Assembly (NCBI GenBank): GCA_021613535.1
Contig: CP075494.1
Location: forward strand, 3,596,001-3,660,000
Direction of reading: 5' to 3'
DNA from: Adineta vaga
Taxonomy: Eukaryota > Animalia > Rotifera
DNA length: 64,000 nt
The translations under genes were made by a program, and so were the position numbers. This document shows positions 38,159 to 51,342 of this stretch, piece after piece. Every line of letters begins with the position of its first letter. Positions within the stretch are counted from its first letter, which is position 1. The notes beneath the pieces are model-generated. The model saw nothing but the letters and a program-made list of their open reading frames with translations, made no database searches and was not told the origin of the DNA.

Positions 38159-39342
38159 ATGGGTGCATCAAGTATGAAAGCTGCTCGTTATTATGGTCCA
38201 AAAGATATACGTATAGAAGAAATATCTATTCCGTTTGTCGACAAAAAACAAGTTAAAATAGAAGTAAAATATGTTGGAATATGTGCAACAGATGTACATG
38301 AATATGTTCATGGTCCAATATTAATTCCTCTGAAAGATCCTTGTACAATAAATGGACACTGTGGTACAACAACAATGGGACGTGAATTTTCAGGTGTAGT
38401 TGTTGAAATAGGAGATAATGTTCAACGTGATAATATCAAGATAGGTGATCGTGTTGTAGTAGAACCATTATTTAGAAATCTAGACAATTCTAAGAAAACA
38501 AACGGCACATCTAGTCTAGCAGAACCAGTAGGCTGTATTGGTCTAAGTAGCGATGGTGCATATGCAAAATATGTAGTTGTCGAAGATTATATGGTACATA
38601 AAATACCAGATAGTATCACTTTTGAGCAAGGTGCACTAGTTGAATCTGCTGCTGTAGCTGTACATGCCGTTAAAAGCAGTAATTTACAACAAGGTATGTA
38701 TCATATACAAAATTCTGAAACATTATACTTATAGGCAAATTTTGAACTGAAAACACTTTTTGATCGACTATATATGCATAACTATTTTCAATTCTAGACG
38801 AAACTTGTGTAATTTTTGGTGCTGGTCCAATTGGCTTACTATGTCTTCAATCTGCAATGGCTTTCGGTGTTACTCGTATCATCGTTGTTGATATTGTCGA
38901 ACAACGTCTTGAGAAAGCACGTGAACTAGGTGCTACATTAGTTATTAACGGAAAGGACAAAAATATTTGTCAACAAATTAAAGATTATACTAATGGTCTT
39001 GGTGCAAATGTTTACTACGATGCAGCTGGTATAGAATCAACATTTACAACAGGTATCGAATCGTTGAGAAGAGGTGGTAGAGCGATACTAATTGCAATGT
39101 TTGAAAAACCGTTGACATTAAATGCTCTAGATGTTGTTCTGCGTGAAATAAATATTAAAGGAATTTCTGATTATCGAAATGTATTTCCTGAAGTAATTAA
39201 ACTTATTGGTGAGAAGAACCTGGATGTTGAACGACTTATTACAAAGAAAATAAAATTAGATGATATTGTTAAAGATGGATTTGAAGCTTTATCATCTGAT
39301 CCTTCCGAAATTAAAATTCTAATTGATATTGATGCGAACTAA
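38159..39342 (+). CDS. 2,3-butanediol dehydrogenase-like MDR alcohol dehydrogenase (bacterial type), 1 intron
   Basis: Motifs MKAARYYG, GIC.TD.HEY..GP and GAGPIG. Intron 38694-38797 keeps the frame. Confidence 0.88.
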
Positions 39343-39821
39343 CTCGTTTCCAATGATTTTTATATGTTATAACTTTCTCGTACTATAAATACATTCGCTG
39401 TTTTTATATGAATTACAGATGTTCCTATTTTATATCGTTTGAATTAGTTTTTAGTTGTTACAGCAATAAGATAAATTCTATAGAATTGAAACTACTTAAA
39501 ATCGTTCGAAGTTGAAAAAACGTCTTCGCATTACCTGCGTTTTGTATGATTATCTACATTGGAATCATTCATTGAATATCATTGATTCATCAAACTGATT
39601 CATTATTGACTTTTGAATTTTTAGTTAAGAATATCTACGAAGAAAGGATATGGATATGATTATGAGACTGACTTTTTATGTGAATCGATATGAACAAAAT
39701 TATAAATTAGATTTCGTTGTGTTATGTTATCTTTATTGCAATAGAAGAAAAATCTTTCTTTCAAATTTCTAAAAATTTTATTTGAAAAAGATTAAAATCG
39801 CACTTAAATAAATTTTATTGT

Positions 39822-42139
39822 TTATTTTTTCGATAAAGATTGTAGCCATATCCGAATAATCTTCAAGGCTATTCTTGTCTTAGGAAATGGAATTAGAATT
39901 TCAGCAGACGAAATACGTTCAATCATTTTTGGCAGGCATTCATCAACGGTGATTATTGCTTGCATAAAACCAGCTTCATCTTTAAGACCCTTGAAAACAG
40001 TAGTAAAAATATATACATAATCAAGTGCTGGTAGCTCACAAACACCATTGTTTATGTAGCAACTAGGATGTGAGTCGTAGGCTGAATTTCTGAGAACATC
40101 ACAGTCTTTGACACAGTTTTGAAGTGGAGAAACCAAACTTTTCTGTAAACAATTCATAGTGTTGTATATCCAATTTTGACCTTCGGTACTGAAATCATTG
40201 ATATTTTGAACAAATTTTGTACAATAGAGATTTCCATAGTTATATGCATAACCATTTGATCCACATGGTACTTTTCTTTCCATGCAACTAAGATAGAAAT
40301 CACAACTTTTCAATGGTGGATTCGCGCAGGATGATGAACACATTGGATCAGATTTACATTTGTCGCAATTCTTTTCACATTCATTACATCCATCTGATCC
40401 ATATTTATGAACTTTGAGTTCAGATTGAAGAATACTATCACCTACATTCGAAACAGCAATGTCGATTTGAATGGATTCAGATTCGGATCCAACTGGCATT
40501 GTTAGTTTATTGATAGCTGTTGCACCTGATGCATAATCAAAAGCACCGAGACCGAGACTATTCATACTTTGTGTGATAGTTCGATAATTACCTTTATCAG
40601 AACGCATAGTGACACTAAAATAGTCATTATATTGTGTCCCGAAAAAGCCACCGGGAACTTCTGATGTAATAAATTGATAATCAACATAAACTTTTGAAAC
40701 ATTTGCTTTGCTCATGAAGGAAACTGATCTTGTTTGTAAACTTTTGACATAATTAGTAAATACATTAAACGGTGTACCTTCATCTGTTTCGCGTCGTCGT
40801 CGCTTCGTAGTATTGTGATCAAAAGGTATTAGAGTCACAATCAGCTCATCTGATGTTGGTTGAAAACCGGCTAAACCAATTTGATTGTCAATAGTATGAG
40901 CAAAGATTGAAATAGTTACAGGAGGAACATTTATGAAAAGAGCAGTACCATTTGAATCTGTTACTGCACTTTGACTAACACGATTGAAATCTGTGATATT
41001 CATTTGAACAGAAACATTTGTTGCAACTGTACCATTTTTATATAATACTTTTATGGGCATTGAAATATCGCCGAAATAAAGTGAAAATGAGTAGAATAAA
41101 GGAAGACCATAAATATCTAAGGCAATCAATCTGACAATGGTCTGTCCCGACGGGAAACCATTATGAATTGTAATATTAGAACTTGTACTTGTTGTATTTA
41201 TGATAGAAGTCATGGTGTTACTTGAAAATAATATATAATTTGAAGTATCAAGAATTGGACATGAAAATTGCAGAGAGATTGGTTTATTAGCTTGATTAAA
41301 AATATATTCATCGTTAGAATAAGTCAATGTTACATCAGCTAATGATAATTTATCAACCAACATATTTGGAGTGCAGTTATGGAGTGAATCAAAACCGGAT
41401 ACTTGAAGATTAGTAAATACTGTCTGTTTAATATATTGCAAAAGCTGCATTCGTCGAACTTTCATGAAATCTTTTCGTTGAAATTTTATTACGTAGCTTA
41501 ATTTACAACGCTTTGTGGTTGATAGAGTGGATTGACTCTCTTCACTAACTGATACTACTTGTGCACGCCGTTTTCGCTTGAAAAGAAAACAAAACAAAAG
41601 ATTTTGTAAATCATGTATATAGCATCCACATTTATCTATCTTTACTACCTTACTAGAAGTTGTATAAGCCGTTCCATTTTTGACAAGAATTATCGAACCA
41701 CGTGTTTTGTCATTTGCTGCGAGATTTTCTTGCATCTAAGAAAACACAGAAAATACAGTAATGTATAATTCAGTTCTTTCATATACCGCTGTCTCGAAGT
41801 TCTTTAATTGTGTTTCAGTCAATGATCCATCGGTCAATTGAATTGTTTCAGGTAAACTATACACAATAGATTGTCCATCCGCTGAAAAATAACCGAATAA
41901 TACTATTCAGTCATTTTATAAAATTTTAAAAGTATCTTACAATATTCTATATTGATAATATATTCTGCAATATTTGGTAAATAAGTTGGAATCAATGCAA
42001 GCACAATTGTGGCTGAAATGACAAGTCCAGCTAATCCAAGAAGACAAATTTCCTTCATTGTTCTCGAATAAAACGTCTATAGAATATCGATACTTTAATG
42101 AAATAAACTGAATTTTGTATTAACAGTATTCTTCCACAT
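39822..42139 (-). CDS. Membrane-anchored extracellular multidomain protein with a Cys-rich stanniocalcin-like C-terminal domain
   Basis: An upstream exon encodes a TM segment (ATIVLALIPTYLP). The main exon has RKRR/KRRRR sites, F.TSE.P.....YNDYF...NVGD and C..GY...YG..YC..F...CLQ..L...HP.CY. The start exon is tentative. Confidence 0.7.
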
Positions 42140-43998
42140 TTTATAAGACTCGTACTTCCTTATTTCGTGGGCAATTTTTGATAATTATAAGTTTTGTACA
42201 GTGATGAGTAAGAAAGTATGACACATAATGATGTTCGGAGAAAAAAAAAATATATATATATAATGCGAATAACTACTCAATCTACTTTCCCTTGAATATG
42301 TTTTGATATGCAGATCATTATAGATGCAAAATTAATTAGTACTAACTAAATATCATGTTTTTTCATTGGTTATAAATTATGCTCTTGGAAATATTTCAAA
42401 AGGTATGATTTATAGAAGTGTAGATAATTCAAATTTTACGTCTTCTATTTGTCATCGATGAATATCTATGGCGGATACTTCCTTTCTGTATCTTTATCAT
42501 GAAGAAATTACACGTTTTGTGTGCAGTCGTTATTATTAGAATACCTTGTAATTAGAAAAAACAATTTTACCTGAAATATATTGATTATGAGGAAATAATT
42601 AGAAATTTATTTAACGAAAGAACCGAAATAGTGATACATATCTGCTTTTAATGAAGAATATTTGCTTTGAAATCAGTTTGTGTGATAGTATCTCTAAATT
42701 TGGTGAAGATGCAGACTCAATACGAAATAAGAAACTTTGGATAGTATAGAATTTGATCATCGTTTTAAGTAAAAATTCAATTAATATTTCTTTTATTTCT
42801 TTGATAAAAAAATAACGAACGCCATATTGATGTTGCTATTGGAAATCAAGTCCACGTCGACGGTTAACTTTTGTTTATTTCTTTTTTAATACTGCGCGAA
42901 AACGTTCAACACTTCAATAGAATATACTTCTATTTAAATTAAGTGAAAAGGTAAATTAAATCTTACATAGTTGATTTAAATAAATCAACGGATATTTGAT
43001 CTATGCTGTTCATTGGCTTCTCTTTTTTTCTGGATTTTCGGTAGCTTCGAAACCCCGTGCTGCTATAAAACGAGGAAATATTATTGTTTTTTGTTACGAT
43101 TAAAGTCAAATAAATCACGAGATTCGACCTTATCTTTACTAAACAAAACATATCAGAATAAATATAAAAAAAAGAAACGATAACCACCGTTTAATGAATC
43201 CCTAGTGCTTGTTTTTGTTAACTGTTACAATAGTTCCCTAAACACCTTTTTCTAAGGATAGAATAACTTTTCTACAGTTTTTGAATATTAAAAATATCTT
43301 ATCAATATATAGAACTTCATTATTATTACCGGAATTATTTTCTTGAGGTTTACGACCGAGTAAAAGTTCGACTTTTATAAACAATTAATTGTTCGATTAT
43401 TCTCAGTCATAATCATTTGACCATGGATGCTAACAACCGTTTCGTCGTTGTCAACAGTAATTACTGATTCATCGTCGGATGAATTCGTAGTATTATTTGC
43501 CATAAGTTGGTTAGGTTCTTTTATTCTAAAAGATAGATGAATGAAACTGAAAGGTATACTTTTAATATATTAGGGTTTTCTTTATCATTGTAATAAATCC
43601 GAATGATCCCATTCAATCAAATTTCTTTAATATATGAATTTTTTATCTAAATATGATGATAATTTAGAAAATAAAAATAATTACAATTACAACTTAAACT
43701 CTATTTTTACTCAATCGTTCTTCAAAGGCAGTTGTTTTTCGTTCTATAGTTTTCACAATAAGAATAAAGCACAAGTGCATATGTATTTCCACTTTTTGAA
43801 GTACACATAACGCTCGGATTTAAATCTGAGGTTTCCACATTTATATCCATATAAAGTGAACCACATTTCTTCGGCTGATCTGTTTGGTTCATTTTGCACG
43901 ATCGAGCAACATCAAGATTTTGCTAGTACTGTTGTTTTTTGGACAGTAAAAATTGTCACAGTACGTTGCTGAGTAAGCGGTGCAAGTGGCATTTGATT

Positions 43999-44991
43999 TC
44001 ATTGAGTCTGAGTCGTTTCATTTTGATTGTGAGCGTATTTCATACAACGGCCCACAATTTTCATGAGTTCTTTCCGAAATAATCTCCCAGTCAATGTATA
44101 CAAATAAAAACTACTTGTATGAGCAAAATAGGATAATGTGTTGAGTGTTTGAGTAGCTAAATTCTCTTGAGCAATTCGAAATGCATTCTTCGTTGTTGTT
44201 TCTGTGAAAGATGAATACAATCGAATAACACTTGATGGCATTGTAGAAAGAATAATGACAAGAACTTGAACAGTTAACATACGCAATAGTTGTGCATCTG
44301 TTCGACGATTACGTCGATTATTTTGATTATGTGTTGGTATGATTCGACGATGTTGACGAATATTTTTCACTGTCAAAATGCCAAAAAAAAGCATTAGAAA
44401 TGATGGACATAATGAATAGAATGCCATATGCCATGTTGCATTAAAACTACGATATGTGCCTCTTCTTGCATTGCACATTGCTGTAACTTGACCAGATTGA
44501 CTAGTAACATTGGCTATTTCAAAATAAACTGTCATATGACAATATAAAACGATCATTACCAAAGTAATAACACAACAAGATATTCGAGCTGTTTTCAAAG
44601 AACTGAATCGACGTAATTTCGCATTCGATGAACTATGAAGAAATCGATCGATGCATGCTAATAAAATTAACCAGATCGATGTGGCACGAACAACATAAAA
44701 AGAATAAAATTCAATCCTACATATACCATCATTGTAATTTGCTAAATCAAGATTAAAACTATTGGAAACAACACGAATAGGTAAAATAATGAACACAACA
44801 AATAAATTGAATAATGTTGAGACGAAAAAATAAAATGAACATGGTTCACGATTTAAAATTCGCCGAGTAAATATCACAACATTTAAGAGAAGACCTATAA
44901 CACCAGGTGGAAAATTAATGACAGACAATGTGAGTACAATGGTGGTTGTTGCCGTATTCAATTGACTGATTGCTTGCGTTATATTCGACAT
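43999..44991 (-). CDS. Rhodopsin-like GPCR, intronless
   Basis: 7TM pattern with CIDRF, FYLYTL.G..FR. Confidence 0.9.
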   Translation of the reverse strand: MSNITQAISQLNTATTTIVLTLSVINFPPGVIGLLLNVVIFTRRILNREPCSFYFFVSTLFNLFVVFIILPIRVVSNSFNLDLANYNDGICRIEFYSFYVVRATSIWLILLACIDRFLHSSSNAKLRRFSSLKTARISCCVITLVMIVLYCHMTVYFEIANVTSQSGQVTAMCNARRGTYRSFNATWHMAFYSLCPSFLMLFFGILTVKNIRQHRRIIPTHNQNNRRNRRTDAQLLRMLTVQVLVIILSTMPSSVIRLYSSFTETTTKNAFRIAQENLATQTLNTLSYFAHTSSFYLYTLTGRLFRKELMKIVGRCMKYAHNQNETTQTQ

Positions 44992-45960
44992 GAAGTTTTT
45001 AAAAGTATAATCTTAAGTGAAAAAAAAAGGAATTCAGGTATCATGTTCACAAGAGATAATAATTTACTTTAAGTTTTCATATTAATGAGATGTCAAACTT
45101 TATTTTAATCAGTTATTTGTAGGAAGGACTTGAAAAAAAAAGAAGAGAAATCCCTTGTAAGCAGATTATGAATGTTAATTAATTTCCTTTTCCATGATAA
45201 AATATAGGAAAAAAAGATATACAGCAGAAGTGACTCGAACATAAATGAGAATTAAGGACAATTGAAAGACTTTTCGACATGTTCTAATAATACTATATGA
45301 AATTGCATACAAGTTTACAGCATTTATTTTTTATGATTTCAACACGTGATATACCGTAATAGAAAGGCTTGTCTTTCTCACATCTATGACAAGCCCTTGA
45401 ACATTCGTTTTAAATAATATCAAAATAGAATATATTCAGTATTTTTGAGTATACAATATAAAAGGTCATCCTAGACAATTATAAAAGTTTCCTTTTACAT
45501 AAAACAAAAAAAATAACGGAAATTCATTTTCTTATACTGTGACATGTGGAATACAATTACAAATGTTGATGAGTGACATATCTCATTTATAATTTTCTTC
45601 GGTTTATTAATAAAATTGTTTCTGTCATTAACATTTTAACAAATTGTTAATTTTTGAATATAAATTCAAATAGTGACAATACCGTACATGAATTATTGAC
45701 TTTATATATGAAACGATTATAGAAAAGAGTAACAAGTTGAATTAATGCCATTTGTGATAAAAAAATTATTCTGAGCAAAAACTCAATGCATTCTCTCTAG
45801 TTGTAATGGAACGAAAATGAATGTTAATATTTTTTATTTAATAACTTTAAATGATAATTCTAATACAACGATTAATGATATTTGGTTTAATCAGGGTAAA
45901 AAAGAAATTGTTTATGTTGATGAAACTATGGATTGGATATCTATGACATGAAAATGAATA

Positions 45961-46034
45961 TGAGGTTGTGAGTGTCGTTGATCTCTTCAACCGCTCTCAC
46001 GCACATCCTCATCCTCTCCCACACCTACACCCTC
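45961..46034. repeat. Telomeric-hexamer palindrome copy
   Basis: tgaggttgtgagtgt...cacatcctcatcctctcccacacctacaccctc. Confidence 0.75.
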
Positions 46035-46076
46035 TCCTTCATGAAAAACATCTTAGCATATGCAATAAACAGTTTT

Positions 46077-47093
46077 CTATTGTACATGACGTGTTTTCGA
46101 GATAATTGGTAACTTGATGCCTTCAACAGGACGCTGCATATTTCCTACACTTGTCGGTGCAACATTTCTTCTTCGTCTCGTCACGAAATTAATCAATTCA
46201 TGACGAAATTCAGTAAATGTAATTATATAAATTGGAAAATTGAAAATAGGAAATGTGTATTGAATTATATCAATTGCATCAAGGAAATGACGACCCCATT
46301 CAGTTGCAAAAAGAGTGCCATAAAAGAAAGCGTAATTAATCGAAGATGGTGTACGGGTTATTATGAATAAAAAGCCCGTAGTTATAAGAGTGATTGAAAT
46401 AGATCGATGACGAATTTGTGAATTTCTTACGGTAGTTGTGCGTCGTAATTGAGCAAGATGATAAATTGAAATACTATTGAATAAGATTATAAAGAATGAT
46501 GGAACGATATTGTAAATACATAAATGTATTAGATGATATAAAGGATAAAGCTGATATAGTTTAGAATCACGAATAATTAGTCCAGCAGTATTTTCATAAC
46601 AGACGAATACTAAAAAGTGAAGATGAAAAAGAAAAAAGAATCCAATGAGACAACCAATAATAAATAAAATATTTTTTGATCGATTAAACCACGTATTAGG
46701 ATTTATACGGCTTAAAATTAAATATCGATCAAAACAAACGAAAACATGTAACCATGCCAGAATATGAAGTGTAAAATAATTGAAAAACAAAGAGAATTTA
46801 CATGATGCAACTGTATATGAAGCAGTTAATGTAAATCCATGAACAATACTAAAATAATTATCTAAAGTCCATCCATATAATCCAAGAAAATCGATCATTG
46901 CTATTGCACGCATATAATGAATCGTTGGACGGACTTGAGTATTTCGAAATTTTGATTGACATAGGACAACAAATATTAAGAGATTAAAAATTGTACCAAT
47001 GATGACCATTGATAAAGAATAATATCCTGCAAAATTGATATCACTTTCAGATGAATATATATTTGTATTATTGGAATTATTGGTAGTTGCCAT
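46077..47093 (-). CDS. Rhodopsin-like GPCR, intronless
   Basis: 7TM pattern with FDRY, NFPIY...FR. The probable start is MATTNN. Confidence 0.88.
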   Translation of the reverse strand: MATTNNSNNTNIYSSESDINFAGYYSLSMVIIGTIFNLLIFVVLCQSKFRNTQVRPTIHYMRAIAMIDFLGLYGWTLDNYFSIVHGFTLTASYTVASCKFSLFFNYFTLHILAWLHVFVCFDRYLILSRINPNTWFNRSKNILFIIGCLIGFFFLFHLHFLVFVCYENTAGLIIRDSKLYQLYPLYHLIHLCIYNIVPSFFIILFNSISIYHLAQLRRTTTVRNSQIRHRSISITLITTGFLFIITRTPSSINYAFFYGTLFATEWGRHFLDAIDIIQYTFPIFNFPIYIITFTEFRHELINFVTRRRRNVAPTSVGNMQRPVEGIKLPIISKTRHVQ

Positions 47094-48429
47094 TATATCG
47101 ATATTATTGATGTTAATAATTTTGTTGAAGAAAAGAAAATATTTAAGTGTACCTTTTTTTTTCAATTCTTTGTTTGCAATGAAATAAGAAAGGAGAAGAG
47201 TGCTTTTAAAGTTTGTAAATTCATTTTCTAAATTATTAATTTATATATCTTTTGACTGTAGGCTTAATATTAGCTTATGTCAGTTCTTATATTAATATCT
47301 CTTTTATTTTATGTAATATTCTCGCAATAACATATTCCTACCGAACGTGAAGTACGATTGTTAATACATAAGATGTGCGATTATCGCATTTATAGATTAA
47401 TTTTAGTGACGTGCGATGTAATCTATTTTTTGACATTTTAGATTTTTTTTCTACTTGAAAATACTTTCAAAATTAATACAGTAGAATAAAGTTTCTCTGA
47501 CTTTTAATCATTTATTTATATAATTGTTAGTAATTTTACACATTTACAAGAGTGCTTTTTTCGATTTTTTTTCTCAAATATAATTAGAAGAGTCATCTAG
47601 GTATTTGCCACGATTTCGTTGTGCACTATATAATCTGCAAGATAGAGAATGATGATTTGAATAAGTTTGTTCTTTCTTAATCGAGCACACTCTACTGTAC
47701 ATTTCTCGTCCTTTATATAGTCGTCGAAACGTACAGAATCATGCCATATAAAATCTCACCTGATGATCAAATGTGAAAAATACGAGAGTCAATACTAATT
47801 ATGATTTGTCAGAGTATTGTCGAAAATGTTTCGTATCATTACTAATGAGGATACTCGATGATAAATAATCTACAAAACACATGAAAATTTTACATGTTGA
47901 TAAAAGATTTGGCAACTATTAGTTCCATCTTTAATCTCTCGTATGCCGCTGTCTTCAAATTGAAGACGAGATAGAGGCACAAGATATTTTTTTGCGTTCT
48001 GTCACAGTGTTCATCAGCTAAATTCGCTAGAAAGAGTGATCCACCATCTTTGTTTCGTCTCCAGCAGGACGAAAAAATTTTCTCAGTATTCAGGAGGTTC
48101 ATCCATGTGTTCACAATTACAATACATCTCATGCCATTAATATTTCAAACATCCTATTTTCATTGCAAACTCACTTCGTAACTAATTTGATTGTGTACAT
48201 TTTCATCTCACATAATGCTTGCACTTCACGCAGTCTTGTCTGCACATGTTGCATGGCGCTTATGACTAGAGAAAAGTAGAACCAGTTTGTATTACAGACA
48301 ATAGGGATATAATACTATAGAAACGTTATTGATGATAATCGCGCTACAAAATAATCAAACAATATTTAATGGGCGTTTAGGATAGGCTGATTGAGATGTT
48401 AACTTTTAGATTATTTTGTGCATGGTTAA

Positions 48430-49504
48430 TTACATATTATTTGTTGACCCAATTCTTATATGTCTCTTCTTGCATAACATCAGTTTTACATTCTGCCTAT
48501 AAGCTGAAGATAATAAATAATAGATATAGAAACTACTAGAAAAAGGTGTACAGGAGATAATCCAAAATATAGATGAGACAAGTGTTTGAATAGCCATGGA
48601 CAAATCATCCTTTTCATATTGATTTGTTGCTGTTGTATAAATATAATTAATACATACGGGAACAGTCGTAAACATAAAATACAAGATTTGTATGATTAAC
48701 ATTGTTGAAAATTGTCCGTTGATACGTGGTATACTGTTATTTATCTTGTTCTGTTTTTGACGAGAATGTATATTAACATGAACATTTCCACCATTATTTG
48801 CCACATTATCAATGTTAGAAGCAGTAAATGCGACTGTCGCCATACTCTAGTAATATTGTTTGTGTTATGTGGGTTGATATACCGAGCACCTTTAATATTG
48901 CCATAGGTAAGAATACCAAATACTAACAAAACGATAAGAGGTCCAATTGTGTATATAACTGGAGCAAGAAAATATGCCAAATACTTATAATAAACATTTG
49001 ATAATGCAATACATGTGGGTTCATCAAAACTAGTGTCGATCTCCCAATAAATTGCATCGGGTATTGTCAGTAGAAAACATATAAAAAATGTAATTGAAAT
49101 AGAGATTTTGGCTACTTTCATTGAACTTAGTAGCAGCTGTTGAGCAACTCGACTAGTAGAATGATATGATCGATAGATGCTAAACACAATGTTATAACTG
49201 AGAGAGCATAACATGCATCAGAAAGATAATTCATCAGTTTACACCACCATAAATAAGTTTCCGTACCATTCTTGCCATTAATGAAACCAACAACACTTGG
49301 CACAAAAACAAATACAATTTGAATTAAATTGCTTACTTCTGTTGCTATGAAGTATAAAGAAAACGGATTTGTCCAATATTTTTTCGAAGAAAATAAACAA
49401 ATGTTGATGAAGTTACTAAAGAGTCCAGTACTAATTATGCAAATATAACCATAGAGATACACTTGACGAGAAGCAAAATTAATTGCATCAACAGTTGAAG
49501 ACAT
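48430..49504 (-). pseudogene. GPCR with two frameshifts
   Basis: Three overlapping ORFs tile one 7TM protein. The first shift falls in the DRY codons (atc gat c-a tat, about 49167) and the second near 48845. Confidence 0.8.
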
Positions 49505-49815
49505 TTTTTAAAGTATAAAAGAATAAACTATTTGTGCTGTTCTTTCTTTTAATTTAATCACAAGAAAAAGATAATTTGAAAAAATGAAGTTATTTTTAGA
49601 CTAGAGATTAGCTTTTCTATTATGAGTAGACGTCAAATACACGATAGAGCCATTCAAAGTTTTTAATTTATAAAGAAACAACATTATGACATCTTATAAA
49701 TTTTTTAAAAATCTGAAAATGATAACTAAATAGTTGTTCTATTCTGTTTTTAATCAATCAAACGAAAAAACGACATTATTTGTCAGTGACAAAAGTGACA
49801 ACACTTTCTGGAACA

Positions 49816-49870
49816 TGGCTATGCGTGAGTGTGAATATAAGATACTCACTACTACAGCCACACCCGCATC
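49816..49870. repeat. Telomeric-hexamer palindrome copy
   Basis: tgcgtgagtgtg...actcac...ccacacccgca; a half-site gggtgggtgtgggtga lies at about 51911-51936. Confidence 0.6.
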
Positions 49871-50308
49871 TTCAATTTGTCAAATGTGAAGTAAACTTAA
49901 TTGTCTTCTTGTACCATCACATAATGTACAATTTATGTTCAAACAATTGATATCGAATCATCGATGACTTCCAGAACAATATAGATAGGCGAAGATAACA
50001 TTGGAAATTATATCAGGTGTAAAAATTCGTTCATCACATAAGTTGAATTTTTTATTTGGATAGATTTGAGAAACTTTATGGCAATGCTTGCAACATTTAA
50101 TGATGAGTTATCTATCTCATTTGGGTGGAGTATTCATTTGAAGAGGACAAACTTTAGGATCTGGTGGGTTTCGAATGGTAATCTCTCTTAATCAAACGAC
50201 AATGGATAAATTGTTGCGATGCCTAAAATAAGTGTTACAAAAATTATCTTTCAGTTGTGACACATCTTTTTTACATTGTACGCACAACACTAGAATAGTT
50301 TTATTTAT

Positions 50309-51232
50309 TTATTTAAATGTAATTGTTCCTACAACATTAACTGGTTGTCTGTTGCATTTCTTCATAATTATTGTTTTCAATGGTTTGCTGAATTTAAATA
50401 TAACTATAATTACATATATTAATGATACATTTAAAAATGTCAGACCAATTCGAAAATGATATTTTGGTGGAGAAGTAAAAAAAGACATGAAGACAAATGT
50501 AGCATATGGACAGCCAATTGCTACTAAAATTAATGTAACAAAAACTATACGTCGAACCATTTTTAACTCACGTTGAACTCGAAATAAAATATTAACGGTT
50601 ATAATACGTTGATTTAAAGCTTTTACATACAGAATTAATTTTAAATACATCAATACAATCAAGAAAAGAGGCATACTATATGCATTAATTACAACAAAAA
50701 CCATTGCAAACGATAATTGTAGTCGAACGAGACATATTTGATTATTAACATTGTAAGGTATATCACCAGTAAATAGAAATGCAACAGGAAATAGAAATGC
50801 ATATATCCATATTATGCCAATCTGAATGAATTGACATTGTCGTGATTGATAAAATAAACATGTTGGATAAACAGCAGACACATAACGATATTGAGTTTCT
50901 AGTAAAAATGAATAATTAATCAATGAATATGATACATGACTGACATAACCTCGAAAAGAACATAAAATATCTTGATATTCAATTCGTCGAAGATCATTAT
51001 GCAATGTAATCAGATAAGTCCAAAGTATGACAATCGCATAGACAAATATAGATAGACATGTACTAGCAACTATCATCATATATGCTGTATGACAGATTTT
51101 GTTAATTAAAATAATAAATAGAAATAATAAGATTAGTATAATAGTCGAAATTAAAAATATGATGTTAAGGATATCCATAGGAATAAACCATGATTCGATA
51201 TTCAATTCAGATGAAATATTTTTAAACATCAT
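50309..51232 (-). CDS. Rhodopsin-like GPCR, intronless
   Basis: 7TM pattern with YRY at the end of TM3. The probable start is MMFKN. Confidence 0.85.
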   Translation of the reverse strand: MMFKNISSELNIESWFIPMDILNIIFLISTIILILLFLFIILINKICHTAYMMIVASTCLSIFVYAIVILWTYLITLHNDLRRIEYQDILCSFRGYVSHVSYSLINYSFLLETQYRYVSAVYPTCLFYQSRQCQFIQIGIIWIYAFLFPVAFLFTGDIPYNVNNQICLVRLQLSFAMVFVVINAYSMPLFLIVLMYLKLILYVKALNQRIITVNILFRVQRELKMVRRIVFVTLILVAIGCPYATFVFMSFFTSPPKYHFRIGLTFLNVSLIYVIIVIFKFSKPLKTIIMKKCNRQPVNVVGTITFK

Positions 51233-51270
51233 CAAAAACAGAAAAAAAAACGAACATAAATATATATATT

Positions 51271-51342
51271 TATATGATGATATAAATGTGAGATCTTTCA
51301 AATATTTATATGATGATATAAATGTGAGATCTTTCAAATATT
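51271..51342. repeat. Perfect 36-bp tandem duplication
   Basis: tatatgatgatataaatgtgagatctttcaaatatt occurs twice in tandem. Confidence 0.95.
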
